Source: Isurus oxyrinchus (lineage: Eukaryota). Taken from it: a DNA stretch of 64,000 bases. The stretch covers positions 109,802,001-109,866,000 of the forward strand of contig JANJGN010000007.1 in the NCBI GenBank assembly GCA_026770705.1, in the 5' to 3' direction. Shown here piece after piece: positions 62,946 through 64,000 of the stretch (its first letter is position 1; each line of letters opens with the position of its first letter). Under the pieces are notes generated by a model. It did no database searches. It was not told the origin of the DNA and saw only the letters and a list, made by a program, of their open reading frames with translations. The translations under genes were made by a program, and so were the position numbers.

Positions 62946-64000
62946 AGCGGTAAGCGCAGGTTAATTGCATGGCAAAGCGCCCCGTGGCTCTAATTAGTTC
63001 AGATGTCAGCTCAGTTAAATTTATGTTTAGGAAAGACCTTAGTGACAACTTCCTAAACATGGAAGTGTAAGGAGTAACCGTGAGAATGGCTCACATTTTA
63101 CTGATTGCGAAGAGGAAGGAGATTTCTATGAAAGTAAAGACCTCGGGGCGTTTGCACAATTTTGGCGTTGTTAGGACAAATGAAGAGACTGTTAACAAGA
63201 GAGGGGATACTTCATTTTATTGATAAAGACAGAGTGCTCAGTAAGAAAATTATTCTAAGCCTTTATAAGGCACCAGTTCAGCCTCAGCTGGAGTGTTTTC
63301 TTCAATTATGAAGGATTTCAGGGACTTGGACAGGGTGCAGAAAAGATTTGCTGGCGATTCGCCAAATTTAATGGCCTTGGGTTATGTGGAGAGACTGGAG
63401 AAGCTACAATTGTTCTCCTTAGAGTCGTAAAGGTTAAGAGGCGGCTTGATAGAGATTTTCATAGTTAGGAACAGTCTGATTAAGTAAATAAGAAGAAACT
63501 GTTCCCTGTAACACAAGAGTCGGTTAGCAGAAGACAGAGATGTAAGGTGATTGGTAAAAGCAACCAAGGCGTCTAACATTTGGCTGGAAGTTAGTTGCTG
63601 TCTAGCCCCGTCCTGTTGTTACCATCGGTTCGTACAACTTAAATGGACAGCAGTGAGCAGCAGAAATCCTGATTGATCTTTGCCTCCTGATTTAGATAAG
63701 CTAACTCGGCACACAGCGGATTTGGAAACAGGCTGAATGCCATGAATAACCAGTCTTAATTTCACTCATATCTCTTTTCTCTTTGCAACAAGTTCGAAGA
63801 GGGTCGTTTTAGTTAGTCCAACTGCAGGTTTCACCCAACACAGTGCGAAAATTCCTTCCGAAGAAGAATTATATTCGACTGGAAACTTTAACTCGGTTTC
63901 TATCTCCAGATACTGCTAGATCTACTGAATTTTTCAGCACTTTCTGTCTTTATTTCCGATCTTCAGTTTCCGCAGTAGTTTGTTTTTATTATTCGCGAAT

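Overview
Eukaryotic genomic DNA, most likely from a cartilaginous fish (shark). The taxon is inferred from the repeat content (CR1 and L2 LINEs, Penelope-like GIY-YIG elements, SINEs) and is not verified. The window is a segmentally duplicated immunoglobulin-superfamily receptor cluster. One apparently intact + strand gene (A1, 8211-17817) has exons for a leader, a compact V-like domain with a germline-joined J-like GxG strand, a C1-set domain, an uncharged TM helix and a multi-exon tail with ITIM motifs (353 aa, or 383 aa with optional exon 7). It looks like a non-rearranging, antigen-receptor-like (NKp30/SIRP-like) inhibitory receptor. A V-less paralogue (A2, about 27300-33646) has an Arg in its TM and a stop before its decayed ITIM exons, the signature of an activating partner. 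Hand translation, missed by the ORF track, also reveals three decayed minus-strand V exons, three dead C1-TM cassettes of a second subfamily (B), and probable B7-like V/C/TM relics. Other features are a 185-bp near-perfect inverted repeat, a solo-LTR-like element and a hammerhead-like motif in a Penelope terminus. Exon boundaries were read by hand from splice signals. Repeat boundaries are approximate.
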